Shown here: positions 1 to 9,888 of the stretch, in pieces
Layout: every line of letters begins with the position of its first letter
Numbering within the stretch: the stretch's first letter is position 1
Source: an uncultured Rickettsiales bacterium
GTDB taxonomy: Bacteria; Pseudomonadota; Alphaproteobacteria; Rickettsiales; SXRF01
DNA: 64,000 nt
Assembly: GCA_964645205.1 (NCBI GenBank)
Contig: CAZYBO010000006.1
Coordinates: 892 to 64,891 of the forward strand
Direction of reading: 5' to 3'
Notes under the pieces: model-generated
Told to the model about the DNA's origin: nothing
Seen by the model: only the letters and a program-made list of their open reading frames with translations
Database searches by the model: none
Program-made: the position numbers and the translations under genes

Positions 1-3000
1 TAGGCGTGGTCTATGGCGCATCTTCCGCTTTCAGTGATGCGTACAAAGGCAGCAACTATTACGCCAATAAAACCTTCTTTATCGGCGGCAAGCATGGCTG
101 CCCTGATATACTGACGCCCAACACGTATGACCCCGATGCGCGTCCGCTTGATCCCACCACGGTTCCCCTGCGCGCGGATTTCCGGCGCAAACAGGCGGAG
201 AATTGCTACGATTATTTTATCCTCAACCGCAGCACCAACCCGTGGCAGAACATCGAAATCCCCGGCGGCGGCACCGACGACCCGCTTTCCAATATCGACC
301 CATGGGCGGCGTTCCTCGACAGTTGCCAGCCGCTGGTGCGCGGGGATGAAGCTGAAAATATAAAATTTGCCGGCTGGATGAAAGACCCCAACGTCTCGCA
401 GATCGAAAAACGTGCAGGCTTTTCCCCCGTGTGGAAATCATGGCGGCCGGATGAGAACGAAGCGGAATACCTGATCAGCTCCTACCTGCACTCTGCATGG
501 TACGTGAATTTTATCGCCAACCCCCTGCTGAAACCGGAAGCAGAACGTCCGCCCATACCGGACAATCCGTATGCAACATTCGCGGTCAGCCTGCCCTGCA
601 TCGAAGAAACCAACAGCCCGTTCCCGGCAGGCGGCGGCGGCTTCAGGCCACCACGCTGGCTCCCGCCAGATCCAACATCGCCCGTATGCAACCCAGCGAC
701 GCCATACCCATCGCCGTCACCTTCGCCTTGCGGCCCGCCGTATTTCGCCTTGCCGCCAGATGATTGGGGAAACCCGCCGGCACTCAAGCAGGATTACTGC
801 CCTAACGTCGAAAAAATCGTCGAGCCGAGAAGTCCGTTCACGCCGCGCTGGGATATTCAGAACCTTGCAAGGCCTGGCTACCTGATCGATCGCGCTTACT
901 CGAACGAAACCAGCCGGTGCATTCCGGAAGATTTATGCGAACCGGAATCACCGCAGCATCGCGGCTATACGACATATGTCGGCGGCGGCGTGCCGACCTT
1001 CTGTCATAATGATCCGTGGGGCGCAGAAGGCACGCCGATCACGACCTCACCTTACTACGATCCCAGCACGGGAGGAGCCCACCAGACCAATAATATTCTC
1101 TTCCCGCCGGTGATCTGCGCCGTGGTGCCTGTTGACATATTGTCGTTCCGTTCGCGCGCGTTCGATAGCTGTATCATGCAGCGCATCAACCATAATTATA
1201 ACGACTGGATATTAAACGGGTTCCTAGACCCCTATGAAATGTCTGAAGATCCGGGCGGCTGGTGGGTCGCTCCCTGCTCAACGCGCTTCTACGAAAATGA
1301 CTCCGGCGTATGCCCGACGCGCATGAGCATCCAGCAATGCTGCCGTATTCTGGTCAAGGATCTTGTACCGGCCAACTTCCTCAAAATGCGCATCGAGGAA
1401 GGGCTGGTTGAAACGCGCAAACTTTACTATGAATTCGGCTTCTTCGTCGACGATAACGCGCTCTTCGCCGACATCTTCGGTACATACGACGCGCTGGTAA
1501 ATATTACCGACGACAGTTATTTCTGGATCGATGAAGACGCCTACCGCTGGGCGATCAAAGACAACATGACCCTCAACCAGCTACGCGGCGACAACACCGA
1601 ACCTGCGGAATACCATTTCACCTACTGGGGTGTGCAGGGTTATTCCGCGCCAGACCTGTACGATTGCGACCCCACCGGCTTGTTCTGTCCGATGAAATTC
1701 GTCGGCTACCATATGCCCTACATGCGTTGGTGGGATACCGGCGTATCCGCAGGCAATCCGCGTCATGGCGGTAGCTTCCTGAACACGCTGGGTGCGTACG
1801 ACACCATCATCGGCGTAGGCCGCGAAGAGCGCGATTTCTATGATAGCCGCGTGGAATGGATGCAGGCAAGGGATTGGGCGGAATTGCTCGACGATTTCAG
1901 CATGGATTCATCGGAGGCGTGGAATGCTTACTCCGAGTTGCACAATATTCAGAAGAGCCAGATGGGTCGCATCGGCGGCTGGGCGGAGTTGAAAGCGCAC
2001 CAGATGTGGTCGATCCGCCGCTCCAACCTTTTCTGTGTCGGGCGCTATGAAAAACTGTTCAAGGCCACCGGCCCCGAGGATCTCGTGCTTTCAAAAGCGG
2101 GCGCGAGCTACAACAAGGTTGCCGGCGGTTCCAATCCCTGGAACCTAGGCTGGCGCGGCTATATCAGCGATTCAAGGGGTAGAAATCAGTTCGTCCAGAA
2201 CGTGTTCGACGAAACCACTGATTACGGCTTCTACGGACTCGATAACGCGTTGCCGGGCGATATCATCATCTACTCCGTCGGCCCCTACGATCCGATGCCG
2301 CGCATCGCCTATGTCACCGCCGCATCGTCAAGCGATCCGCGCATGGCGACCGCACGCTGGGATTACACGCTGAACAAGAACGTAGCCGCCGACGGCACCG
2401 TGCTCACGCCCGATTACGTGAATATCGTCACCTTCGATCAGGGTAAGTTTCCCACCGCCACCGGCATGTCGATTGCATCGGGTATGGGACCGCAACGCAC
2501 CATTTACAAGATGTTCGTGCCCGACACGTACCGCGACGAAATCTGTATCGATAAGGCGTTGCGCGCCATCACCGACACACGGCCGGGAGAGCGTGGCTGC
2601 CGCGAACCGTTCCCGCCGAATCTCTGCACCGTCATGGGTTCGGACGGCAAAGGCTGCCAGCCTTCGTGCGAAGATCCGAGCTATAAATTCTGCGTACTGG
2701 AGCCCAAAGACGGCGCGATTAAATTCCTGCCCGGCGGCGGCACAACCGTAGGCAAGCTGGGCTGGGAAGCTGTGCAGATTTACCGCCCGAGCAGGGATGT
2801 GCGCCGCTGTCCGTTCGGGGTGGTGCCTGCAACCGATCCGGCCTTCGGTACGTTCCACCTGCCCACCACCTACGACTGGACGGGCTGGACAGGGAATCCA
2901 GATGTACTGCCCAACAGAACCGTTTCCGGCTTTGTGCCGGACAATGGCGCGGGACATCCGGCATCCGACATCGACTATGTCGTGTTCCAGGATAAGACGG

Positions 3001-3209
3001 AATGGATATGGAGCAACATCTGGGCAACCTGCGTGAATTTCGGTTTCGACCCGCCGATCCACTTCAACAAGGAATATTCCGGCTCGCAGACCGGCGCCGT
3101 CACCGACCTGACCCACTGCGGCCCGGCATGGGCGGAATGCAGCTCCGCATCGGGAGCGGTAGACCGCATCTTCGCACCCAATACGCTTATGCAGGGCGTT
3201 CCGAGGTAA
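1..3209 (+). CDS. Large hypothetical protein, N-terminus outside the window (>=1067 aa). Cys/Trp/Pro/Asp-rich, probably exported or surface-located
   Basis: Frame is open from the window edge to TAA at 3207-3209. Overlapping antisense ORFs are Arg-rich shadows. Has a proline-rich tract (PYPSPSPSPCGPPYFALPPDDWGNPP) and many Cys/Trp. No family recognised by eye. Confidence 0.6.
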   Translation, partial: GVVYGASSAFSDAYKGSNYYANKTFFIGGKHGCPDILTPNTYDPDARPLDPTTVPLRADFRRKQAENCYDYFILNRSTNPWQNIEIPGGGTDDPLSNIDPWAAFLDSCQPLVRGDEAENIKFAGWMKDPNVSQIEKRAGFSPVWKSWRPDENEAEYLISSYLHSAWYVNFIANPLLKPEAERPPIPDNPYATFAVSLPCIEETNSPFPAGGGGFRPPRWLPPDPTSPVCNPATPYPSPSPSPCGPPYFALPPDDWGNPPALKQDYCPNVEKIVEPRSPFTPRWDIQNLARPGYLIDRAYSNETSRCIPEDLCEPESPQHRGYTTYVGGGVPTFCHNDPWGAEGTPITTSPYYDPSTGGAHQTNNILFPPVICAVVPVDILSFRSRAFDSCIMQRINHNYNDWILNGFLDPYEMSEDPGGWWVAPCSTRFYENDSGVCPTRMSIQQCCRILVKDLVPANFLKMRIEEGLVETRKLYYEFGFFVDDNALFADIFGTYDALVNITDDSYFWIDEDAYRWAIKDNMTLNQLRGDNTEPAEYHFTYWGVQGYSAPDLYDCDPTGLFCPMKFVGYHMPYMRWWDTGVSAGNPRHGGSFLNTLGAYDTIIGVGREERDFYDSRVEWMQARDWAELLDDFSMDSSEAWNAYSELHNIQKSQMGRIGGWAELKAHQMWSIRRSNLFCVGRYEKLFKATGPEDLVLSKAGASYNKVAGGSNPWNLGWRGYISDSRGRNQFVQNVFDETTDYGFYGLDNALPGDIIIYSVGPYDPMPRIAYVTAASSSDPRMATARWDYTLNKNVAADGTVLTPDYVNIVTFDQGKFPTATGMSIASGMGPQRTIYKMFVPDTYRDEICIDKALRAITDTRPGERGCREPFPPNLCTVMGSDGKGCQPSCEDPSYKFCVLEPKDGAIKFLPGGGTTVGKLGWEAVQIYRPSRDVRRCPFGVVPATDPAFGTFHLPTTYDWTGWTGNPDVLPNRTVSGFVPDNGAGHPASDIDYVVFQDKTEWIWSNIWATCVNFGFDPPIHFNKEYSGSQTGAVTDLTHCGPAWAECSSASGAVDRIFAPNTLMQGVPR

Positions 3210-3213
3210 CCAA

Positions 3214-3930
3214 TCAGCGGGCTGCGAAGAACGCTTCGGCTTTTTTCAGCCCGTCGGGATCGCCCACATGTAGCCACGCCCCGTCATGTACGACTGCGCC
3301 TATCCGCGCCAACGTGCCGTCGTTGCCGATATTTCGGTCGTACAGCAGGTTCATAGAAAAAGCGCCCGCAGGCGCGGTGGCGAACATACGCGGATGCAGC
3401 AACTGCACGCCCGTGAACACATAAGGCGCCGAAGGATGTTTCGCCCGGCGGCGCAACGTGCCGCCGGCTTCAAAGAAAAAATCCCCCACCCCGTCATAGC
3501 CGATCGCACGCTCCACCGGATAGACCAGCAATAATGCGTCCAGCGCGGCATCGTCCCACTTCGCGCGCAGGCTTTCCAGCGCGGGTGTGTGCGTATCGAC
3601 GCAAATCGAATCGCTGTTGACCACCACGAAAGGCTCCGCCCCCAGCAACGGTAGCGCATAAAAAATCCCGCCGCCCGTTTCCAGCAACTGCGCCTCGCGC
3701 GAAATGGAAATGACGGGCTGCGCGCGTGTTGCCAAATGCGCCTCCAGCATGTCGGCCTTGTAATGCGTGTTGACCACGGCCTCACGCACGCCGGACGCAT
3801 GCAGCCAATCCAGCGTATGGTCAACCAGCTTCCTTCCCGCCACCGGCACCAGCGGCTTAGGCATCATGTCGGTCAGCGGCCGCATGCGTTTGCCAAGACC
3901 CGCCGCAAGCACCATCGCCTTGTTCGTCAT
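3214..3930 (-). CDS. murU: Nucleotidyltransferase, N-acetylmuramate-1-phosphate uridylyltransferase-like (MurU)
   Basis: N-terminal sugar-nucleotidyltransferase motif MVLAAGLGKRMRPLT. Start chosen at MTNKAMV, where ATGA overlaps the upstream kinase stop. The tsaE-amgK-murU order is typical of alphaproteobacteria. Confidence 0.75.
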   Translation of the reverse strand: MTNKAMVLAAGLGKRMRPLTDMMPKPLVPVAGRKLVDHTLDWLHASGVREAVVNTHYKADMLEAHLATRAQPVISISREAQLLETGGGIFYALPLLGAEPFVVVNSDSICVDTHTPALESLRAKWDDAALDALLLVYPVERAIGYDGVGDFFFEAGGTLRRRAKHPSAPYVFTGVQLLHPRMFATAPAGAFSMNLLYDRNIGNDGTLARIGAVVHDGAWLHVGDPDGLKKAEAFFAAR

Positions 3931-4994
3931 GCGGAAAGCGCCAGATCGCGCGCGGTGTATTTCACTTCCACGCTGCCGCGCCAGTCTCGGGCGATATGCC
4001 TGTCCATCCATTGTTTCACCGGCGCCAGCGCAGGATGTGTACAGTCACGCTCCAGATGCCGCCACACGCGCGGCAAAAGATGCGTGTAATGATGCTTGTT
4101 GTCGCGCGCGGCAAGGCGCACGAAAATGCCCACGATCTTGCTGTTGCGCTGCGCACCCAGTATGGCGTAGGCAGCCATGAACCGCTCGCGTTCAAGCCCG
4201 GTAGCGGCGAGGAAACGTGCGATCATCGCGTCCACCAGCGCAGGCGGCACGTCGCGGCGCGCATCTTCCAGCAGCGACACTAAATCATACGCCGCATCGC
4301 CATACACGCCGTCTTGGAAATCGAGAAGCCCCACGCGCTGCACGCCCGCACGCTGCGGCAACCACATCAAATTGTCGGCGTGAAAATCGCGATGCACCCA
4401 GCAATCGGTGGCAAGCGGCGCGTTTTTTAGAATACCCTCCCACAGCCCGGCATATTCCGCGCCAAGCGCCGCGGCGTCTTTCATGCCCACCGCCTGCGGC
4501 AGGTACCAGTCCGAAAAGAGCCGCACCTCTTTCATCAACAGCGCGTGGCTATAGCTTTGCAACGGCAGCAACGCAGCGTCCGCTAGCGACCGGCGCTCAT
4601 TATGCCATTTCACCAGCAGGTCGATCGCCGCTGCATACAGCTCGAACTCCAGCGCATCGCGCGTGGCGACGCCTGCATGTTTCAGCAGCAACGTAAACGA
4701 ATCGTCGCCCAGATCCTCCAGCAGCAGGAAACCCTGCGCGTCATCGCTCGCCAGCACTGCGGGCACGCTATAGCCCCGGTCATAAAAATAACGCGCGACC
4801 GCGAGATACGGGCGCACATCTTCTTTTTCCGGCGGGGCATCCATCAGCATCGCCACCTGCGTCCCGTTGCGCACGCGGATATAACGCCGGAACGACGCAT
4901 CCCCGGTCAACGGTTCCAGTGCAGCATCGGCAAATGCCGTACGCCCGAGAAAATCCTTGATCTGCTTCTGCCGTGGCAATTCCGTAGCGTTCAT
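3927..4994 (-). CDS. amgK: Aminoglycoside-phosphotransferase-fold kinase, anomeric MurNAc/GlcNAc kinase-like (AmgK)
   Basis: Kinase catalytic loop WVHRDFHADNLMW and LLDFQD motif. Coupled to murU downstream and tsaE upstream. Confidence 0.7.
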   Translation of the reverse strand: MNATELPRQKQIKDFLGRTAFADAALEPLTGDASFRRYIRVRNGTQVAMLMDAPPEKEDVRPYLAVARYFYDRGYSVPAVLASDDAQGFLLLEDLGDDSFTLLLKHAGVATRDALEFELYAAAIDLLVKWHNERRSLADAALLPLQSYSHALLMKEVRLFSDWYLPQAVGMKDAAALGAEYAGLWEGILKNAPLATDCWVHRDFHADNLMWLPQRAGVQRVGLLDFQDGVYGDAAYDLVSLLEDARRDVPPALVDAMIARFLAATGLERERFMAAYAILGAQRNSKIVGIFVRLAARDNKHHYTHLLPRVWRHLERDCTHPALAPVKQWMDRHIARDWRGSVEVKYTARDLALSA

Positions 4995-5476
4995 TCCTTA
5001 TGCTCCTGCAATGCGTCAAGCCGCTCGCGCCACAAGCCGGGCGCACCGCTTACGTTAAAGATTCTCTGCCCCGGATGCGCGCCATAGTCAATGGCGATGT
5101 CCAGCGACGCATCGGGCAACATACCTTCGGCACGCTGCGGCCATTCGATGAGGGAAAGCCCGTCGGACAGCGCCTCCTCCAGCCCAAGCTCGCATATGTC
5201 CTGCCTATGCTCCAGCCGGTATAAATCGAAATGCCATAGCGCGCCGCCGGAGCGCATCGGATAGGTCTGCACCAGCGTAAAGGTAGGGCTTACCACCTCT
5301 TCGGCATCGTCGCACAAGGCGCCGACAAACCCTCGCGCAAATGCGGTTTTGCCCGCACCCAGATCGCCGCGCAGCAGAATACAGTCCCCCACTCGGCATC
5401 GCGCAGCCAGCGCTGCGGCGAAGCGGCCGGTATGTTCAGGGCTTTCGGTGGTGGTGGAAAAAAGCGGTTCTTTCAC
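4991..5476 (-). CDS. tsaE: tRNA t6A37 threonylcarbamoyltransferase complex ATPase subunit TsaE
   Basis: P-loop LRGDLGAGKTAFARGF. About 160 aa, the typical size. Confidence 0.85.
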   Translation of the reverse strand: MKEPLFSTTTESPEHTGRFAAALAARCRVGDCILLRGDLGAGKTAFARGFVGALCDDAEEVVSPTFTLVQTYPMRSGGALWHFDLYRLEHRQDICELGLEEALSDGLSLIEWPQRAEGMLPDASLDIAIDYGAHPGQRIFNVSGAPGLWRERLDALQEHKE

Positions 5477-5560
5477 TGCGTAATCCGTGGGTTGATTAAC
5501 GGCAATTTACCACACCTGTTGGCCGAAACAATCGCGAAGCCTGTTGAAACCGCACAAAAA

Positions 5561-6619
5561 ATGAGGCATCCTGCCCCCATGAAAATTGGCAAGTTCCTCA
5601 TATTGGCGATCGCGGCGACTGCGGGTGTTATTTATTACAACCGCTTCAGCGCGTTATCGAATATCACCGACGGGTTCAGCGGCGGTAGCAGCACCGGCGG
5701 CATGGAATATTCCAATAGCGAAAATAGCGGGCGCAACACCATGCTCGGCGCGGTCGGCGGCATACAGGGCGGCGACGGCTCCAGCGGCGGCGCGTTGATG
5801 GATATGCTGAACAACAAGCCTTCATCCCCGTCAAAAACCGTCGATAGTGAAGCGATAAGGCATGGCGTGGCGCTGCTTAAAGCCTCTGCCAAAGGCGACC
5901 TCAAAGAGGTGGAAACCCTTCTCGGCGGAAAAGTCAAAATCGACATGCGCGACAATGAAAAGCGTACGCCTCTGATCTACGCGAGTTGGAACGGCTACAA
6001 CGATATTTGCGCGAAGCTGCTCTCGGCCGGTGCGAATATTCGCCTGCTGGATAAGAACGGTTTTTCCGCCTACGATTACGCCGCCGGGCGCGGATTGGCG
6101 GAAACGGTCGCGCTACTGCTCAAGCGCACGCAGGGTAGCGACGACAAGCACTACCAGCAATATGCAAAGCTGATGCAGGCAGCGTTGACGAGCGATATAT
6201 CACGCCTGCCGCAGGAAAAAGGGCTGCTCGCCAGTATCAACCGTATCAGCCCAGAGGGGCAATCTCCCCTGCACCTTGCGGCGTCCAGCGGCTATATCGC
6301 GCTGGCGGAAGCGTTGGTAACTCACGGCGCGAACGTCAACCTTGAAAATCTCCAACGGCAGACGCCGCTGCACTGGGCGGCATGGAGCAACCAGGCGGCG
6401 ATCATCGCATGGTTCGGCAGCAAGGGCGCCGACAGTTCATTGCGCGACGTAGCGGGGAACACTGCCCTGATGCTGGCTGCGGAGAATAACAGCACCGACG
6501 CCGCAAAAGCGCTGCTGCAATTGGGCGCGAAAAAAACCGCCACCAACAAACAAGGAAAAACCGCCGAGATTATCGCCGAAGATAAAGGCCACAAGGAACT
6601 GGCGGAACTGCTGCGCTAG
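5561..6619 (+). CDS. Ankyrin-repeat protein with N-terminal signal/TM segment
   Basis: Hydrophobic N-terminus MKIGKFLILAIAATAGVIYY (alternative start 5579). Several ANK repeats, e.g. RTPLIYASWNGYNDICAKLLSAGANI, QSPLHLAASSGYIALAEALVTHGANVN, QTPLHWAAWSNQAAII and NTALMLAAENNSTDAAKALLQLGA. The track ORF start at 5432 overlaps tsaE and was trimmed. Confidence 0.75.
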   Translation: MRHPAPMKIGKFLILAIAATAGVIYYNRFSALSNITDGFSGGSSTGGMEYSNSENSGRNTMLGAVGGIQGGDGSSGGALMDMLNNKPSSPSKTVDSEAIRHGVALLKASAKGDLKEVETLLGGKVKIDMRDNEKRTPLIYASWNGYNDICAKLLSAGANIRLLDKNGFSAYDYAAGRGLAETVALLLKRTQGSDDKHYQQYAKLMQAALTSDISRLPQEKGLLASINRISPEGQSPLHLAASSGYIALAEALVTHGANVNLENLQRQTPLHWAAWSNQAAIIAWFGSKGADSSLRDVAGNTALMLAAENNSTDAAKALLQLGAKKTATNKQGKTAEIIAEDKGHKELAELLR

Positions 6620-9600
6620 GGCTTGGCTGTAGCGGCGGGCACAGGCTCGATGCCTGCGCTTTTGATTTCCGCCTGATAAGTGGTGATAAAGGTTTTGGTG
6701 TCGGCAAAGTATTTCAACAAGTCGTCGAAATTCGTCGTTGTCAGCCTTATATCGCCGCTAGTGATGAAATTGAACACAGACTTGTTGGGATTATTCACCA
6801 TCAAGGGGTCGAAATAATCATGCAGATATTGTAACTGTACGGTGTCGTCCTGAAAAATATAAGCGAGCGCCAACTTGAGCAGGTACTCACTTTCGTCAAT
6901 GGTGATGGGAGCCGCAACATCCTCGCGCTCCTTAAGCAGCGCTTCGATGCTTGCGGTAAGTTTCGCCCAGTCTTTTTCCGCCCAGTATACACTGATGCGA
7001 ATACGCTCAGCCTCAGGGCTGGTATCCTGCCCAAGCGTTTCCAATGCCTTGTCCGATTGCCCTTGCACGACCATGGCCTCGGCGGTGATCCGGTTGCGTT
7101 GCAGGCGCAGCAACAGCGAGTTCTCGCCATACACCGAATCCTGCAGCGCCTGCAGCGCCTTGGCGGGCTGGTGATTCATGAGGTAGATGGAAGCGAGCTT
7201 GGCGCCGATCTCGCTGCGATGTTCTTTTTCCGCCTGCGAGCGCATCTGGCGGTCGAGTAGCACGATCGCCTGTTCCAGAAGGTCGAGCGACACCAGCTTG
7301 TCCGCCAGCCTGCTTACGATTTCATCGCCCGCGATGCCCGGCGGCGCGTAGTTGCGGTAATCGTTATAGATCGCGAGCGCATCCATGGTCGAAAGATTGC
7401 TGTCGCTGTTGAACAGCGTGATAAAGGCTTCCTGCATCCGCCGCGACATTTCCTGCGCGTAGGACGTATTGGGAAAACCGGTGACGATGCCGTGCCAAAT
7501 GCGCATGGCGTTGATGTAATCTTTCTGCTCGACATACAGATCGCCCAGCAGTGTGGCGATATTCAATTCAAGGCTGTCGCCGTGCCACGCCAGCCGCAAG
7601 CGCTCGAAATTCTCGATCGCTTGCTCCTTGGTAATATTGCCCTTGTTCATGTTCCAGACGGTACGTGAAAATTCCGCACGTGAGCGCACGAACGGATGGT
7701 CATAATCCTCCGCCAGCTTGTCCCACATTTCGAGCGCCTCTTTCTCCTGCCCGGTTTCCAGCGAGATTTTCGCCAGCAGAAAATTGATGTAGGCGTGGAT
7801 CGGATCGAGCTGGTTGCCGGATTCCATCGTGTCAAAAATCTTAAGCGCCGTGTTGTATTCCTTGGCGGCAATGCTGCGGTCAGCCGACACGATCGCAAGG
7901 CGCTGCCGCAACACGGGCGGGTATTTGCTGATGTAGTCTTGGTTGAGCGCGAGGTAATCGTAGATCTGGTCAGCGCTGCCGAGCAGGTCGGAAAGCATGC
8001 TGCGCCAGTAATCAATTTCCTTGTTATTGTTCAACTCGGCGGCCGCGAAATCGCGCGCGGCGTCGGGGAAACGGTACATGAGGAAATTGGCAGCGCCGCG
8101 CATGGCGCTGACCTTATTGCTGCGGTAGAAGGAAGGATTGGTGCGGTTGATGCCGTCGATATAGGCGAGCGCTTCCACCGCCATGCCTTCGCTGAGATAA
8201 AGCTGCGCCATGCGCAGGCGAGCTTCGTTGGATTCCTGAGAAGTCTCCGCGCCCACGATGCGCTGGAACAAATCGCTGACCTGCGCGGACATTTTTTTCG
8301 GATCTTCCGCCTTCCACTGCTCATGAGGAAACAATGTTACGATGCTCTGCGACGCACCCGCCTGTGTTTCCAGCTCCGCCTTGGGAAGGCCGGGCGTTAG
8401 CGTCGCGCCGTTCGGAAGCGAAATGCGCAGGCCGTTGCGCAGTTGCACCACCGACACATCGTCGGATTTTTTATTTACCGCCACGCCCTGCGCCGTCGCC
8501 AGCAGCGAAAACTCTACGAATTCGCGCGTCTGCGCGATACCCTCGCCGACGTTAAACAGCGGCGTCACGACCATCTCATCGCCGATAAGCGGGTCGGTAA
8601 TGATCACAGGATCGGCAATCTCAAGGCTCGGTATGAACACATGCGGCGGCACGGGGGGATCGGTATTCACTGCCGCCACCAGCGCGTTGGCCAGCGGGCG
8701 CTTCTGCGGTGTGAGCAGCACCGCCCAGTCGTAGCTTTCTTCTTCCTTGGCCGTGCTGATGAACACCGTATCTTCCATCTGCATGCGCAGGATCGTGTGG
8801 GTTTTCGACGCCACCACTTCCGGCTTGCCGATAACCGTGCGCGGCATTGGTTCAAAATCCACGAGATCGACCGGCAGCGGACGGTTGAACACGATCCACA
8901 GCGTATGCGAACGCGCGAATACCGCCATCGCCGTGCGTTCGGCAAACGGGAAACGCAGCACCGCATTGTCGTTCCCGGCGGAAAGATTCACTCTGAGCTT
9001 GCCGGATTTATCAACGGTCGCTTCCTGCTGCGGCGCGCCTATGGCCTGACCGTCACCCACTTCCGCCGTGGCGGGTGGAAGTGTTATCTTAGGTTCCGCA
9101 GGCGCTTCCGCCTTTGCAGGCGCGGGGGCAGGAGTAACGGCGGGTTTTTCGACAGGTTTTTCCACTGCCGCTTCCGCAGGAGCCACCGGTATGGCGGGAG
9201 CAAGCGATTTTTCCAGCGGCGGCGTCACCACTTGCGGCACGGTGGCTTCTGCGGGTTCGGCGGGTTTTTCCGGCGCAGGTTCGGCAGGCGGCGTGCCCAC
9301 GCTCAGCGTCTCCTGCTTTGCCTCCACGGGTTCTCCAGCCGCAGGCGCAAGCGCGGCGAATCGTTTCGCCTCCGCAACCATGGCGTCCTTAGGTTTCGCC
9401 GCGGGTTTGCCGTCAACCTTGAGCAAGTCGATACCGTTGATCGTATCGCTGACGAAGGTGCGGATGCGGTAGGCCTTATTGAGCGTCAACACAACGGTTT
9501 TACCGTCCGGCTTGCGCTCGGCACTGATAACATAGGGCGAAAGCTGTTGCAGCAATTGCTTGAAATCCGGCCTCGCCTTACGATCAAACGTAATAGAAAC

Positions 9601-9792
9601 CTGCTTGCCGTTAGCCTTCACGGTGAAAAATACCGGCACCGGCCATTCAAACGTAATGCGCGCATGGTCGCGCATCATCGAGCCGTGCACCACCGGCACG
9701 TTGGATACCTGCGCGGACGGCGCCGCCACCGGCAGGCCGGGCGCAACCAGCGCGGCCGAAACCACGGAAAAACCTATCAGCTTGAACTTCAT
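6616..9792 (-). CDS. Very large (1058 aa) exported protein: signal peptide, AMIN-like beta domain, Pro/Ala/Glu-rich linker, C-terminal TPR-like helical repeats
   Basis: Signal-like N-terminus MKFKLIGFSVVSAALVAPGLPVAA. Low-complexity tract PAEPAPEKPAEPAEATVPQV. The long C-terminal half has TPR-like A/L/Y periodicity. Antisense ORFs are Arg-rich shadows. Confidence 0.7.
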   Translation of the reverse strand: MKFKLIGFSVVSAALVAPGLPVAAPSAQVSNVPVVHGSMMRDHARITFEWPVPVFFTVKANGKQVSITFDRKARPDFKQLLQQLSPYVISAERKPDGKTVVLTLNKAYRIRTFVSDTINGIDLLKVDGKPAAKPKDAMVAEAKRFAALAPAAGEPVEAKQETLSVGTPPAEPAPEKPAEPAEATVPQVVTPPLEKSLAPAIPVAPAEAAVEKPVEKPAVTPAPAPAKAEAPAEPKITLPPATAEVGDGQAIGAPQQEATVDKSGKLRVNLSAGNDNAVLRFPFAERTAMAVFARSHTLWIVFNRPLPVDLVDFEPMPRTVIGKPEVVASKTHTILRMQMEDTVFISTAKEEESYDWAVLLTPQKRPLANALVAAVNTDPPVPPHVFIPSLEIADPVIITDPLIGDEMVVTPLFNVGEGIAQTREFVEFSLLATAQGVAVNKKSDDVSVVQLRNGLRISLPNGATLTPGLPKAELETQAGASQSIVTLFPHEQWKAEDPKKMSAQVSDLFQRIVGAETSQESNEARLRMAQLYLSEGMAVEALAYIDGINRTNPSFYRSNKVSAMRGAANFLMYRFPDAARDFAAAELNNNKEIDYWRSMLSDLLGSADQIYDYLALNQDYISKYPPVLRQRLAIVSADRSIAAKEYNTALKIFDTMESGNQLDPIHAYINFLLAKISLETGQEKEALEMWDKLAEDYDHPFVRSRAEFSRTVWNMNKGNITKEQAIENFERLRLAWHGDSLELNIATLLGDLYVEQKDYINAMRIWHGIVTGFPNTSYAQEMSRRMQEAFITLFNSDSNLSTMDALAIYNDYRNYAPPGIAGDEIVSRLADKLVSLDLLEQAIVLLDRQMRSQAEKEHRSEIGAKLASIYLMNHQPAKALQALQDSVYGENSLLLRLQRNRITAEAMVVQGQSDKALETLGQDTSPEAERIRISVYWAEKDWAKLTASIEALLKEREDVAAPITIDESEYLLKLALAYIFQDDTVQLQYLHDYFDPLMVNNPNKSVFNFITSGDIRLTTTNFDDLLKYFADTKTFITTYQAEIKSAGIEPVPAATAKP

Positions 9793-9888
9793 ACGGCGTA
9801 CGACCTGCGCTTACATAACGCGCATTGTACGACCTAAGCCGTCGAAAGGCAAAAAAAACTATGGAGAAAAAAGCGGGTGTTTACGCGG

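Noticed and set aside
5432-5560. Upstream extension of the ankyrin ORF (track start 5432)
   Set aside because: It would overlap the divergent tsaE coding start by 45 nt and encodes a non-hydrophobic leader. The signal-like segment begins at 5561/5579.
9798-9835. 9-nt direct repeat GTACGACCT (9798-9806 and 9827-9835) just upstream of the large TPR gene
   Set aside because: It is short, has only two copies and matches no motif family I know. It could be chance in a 96-nt spacer, so it is not promoted to a finding.
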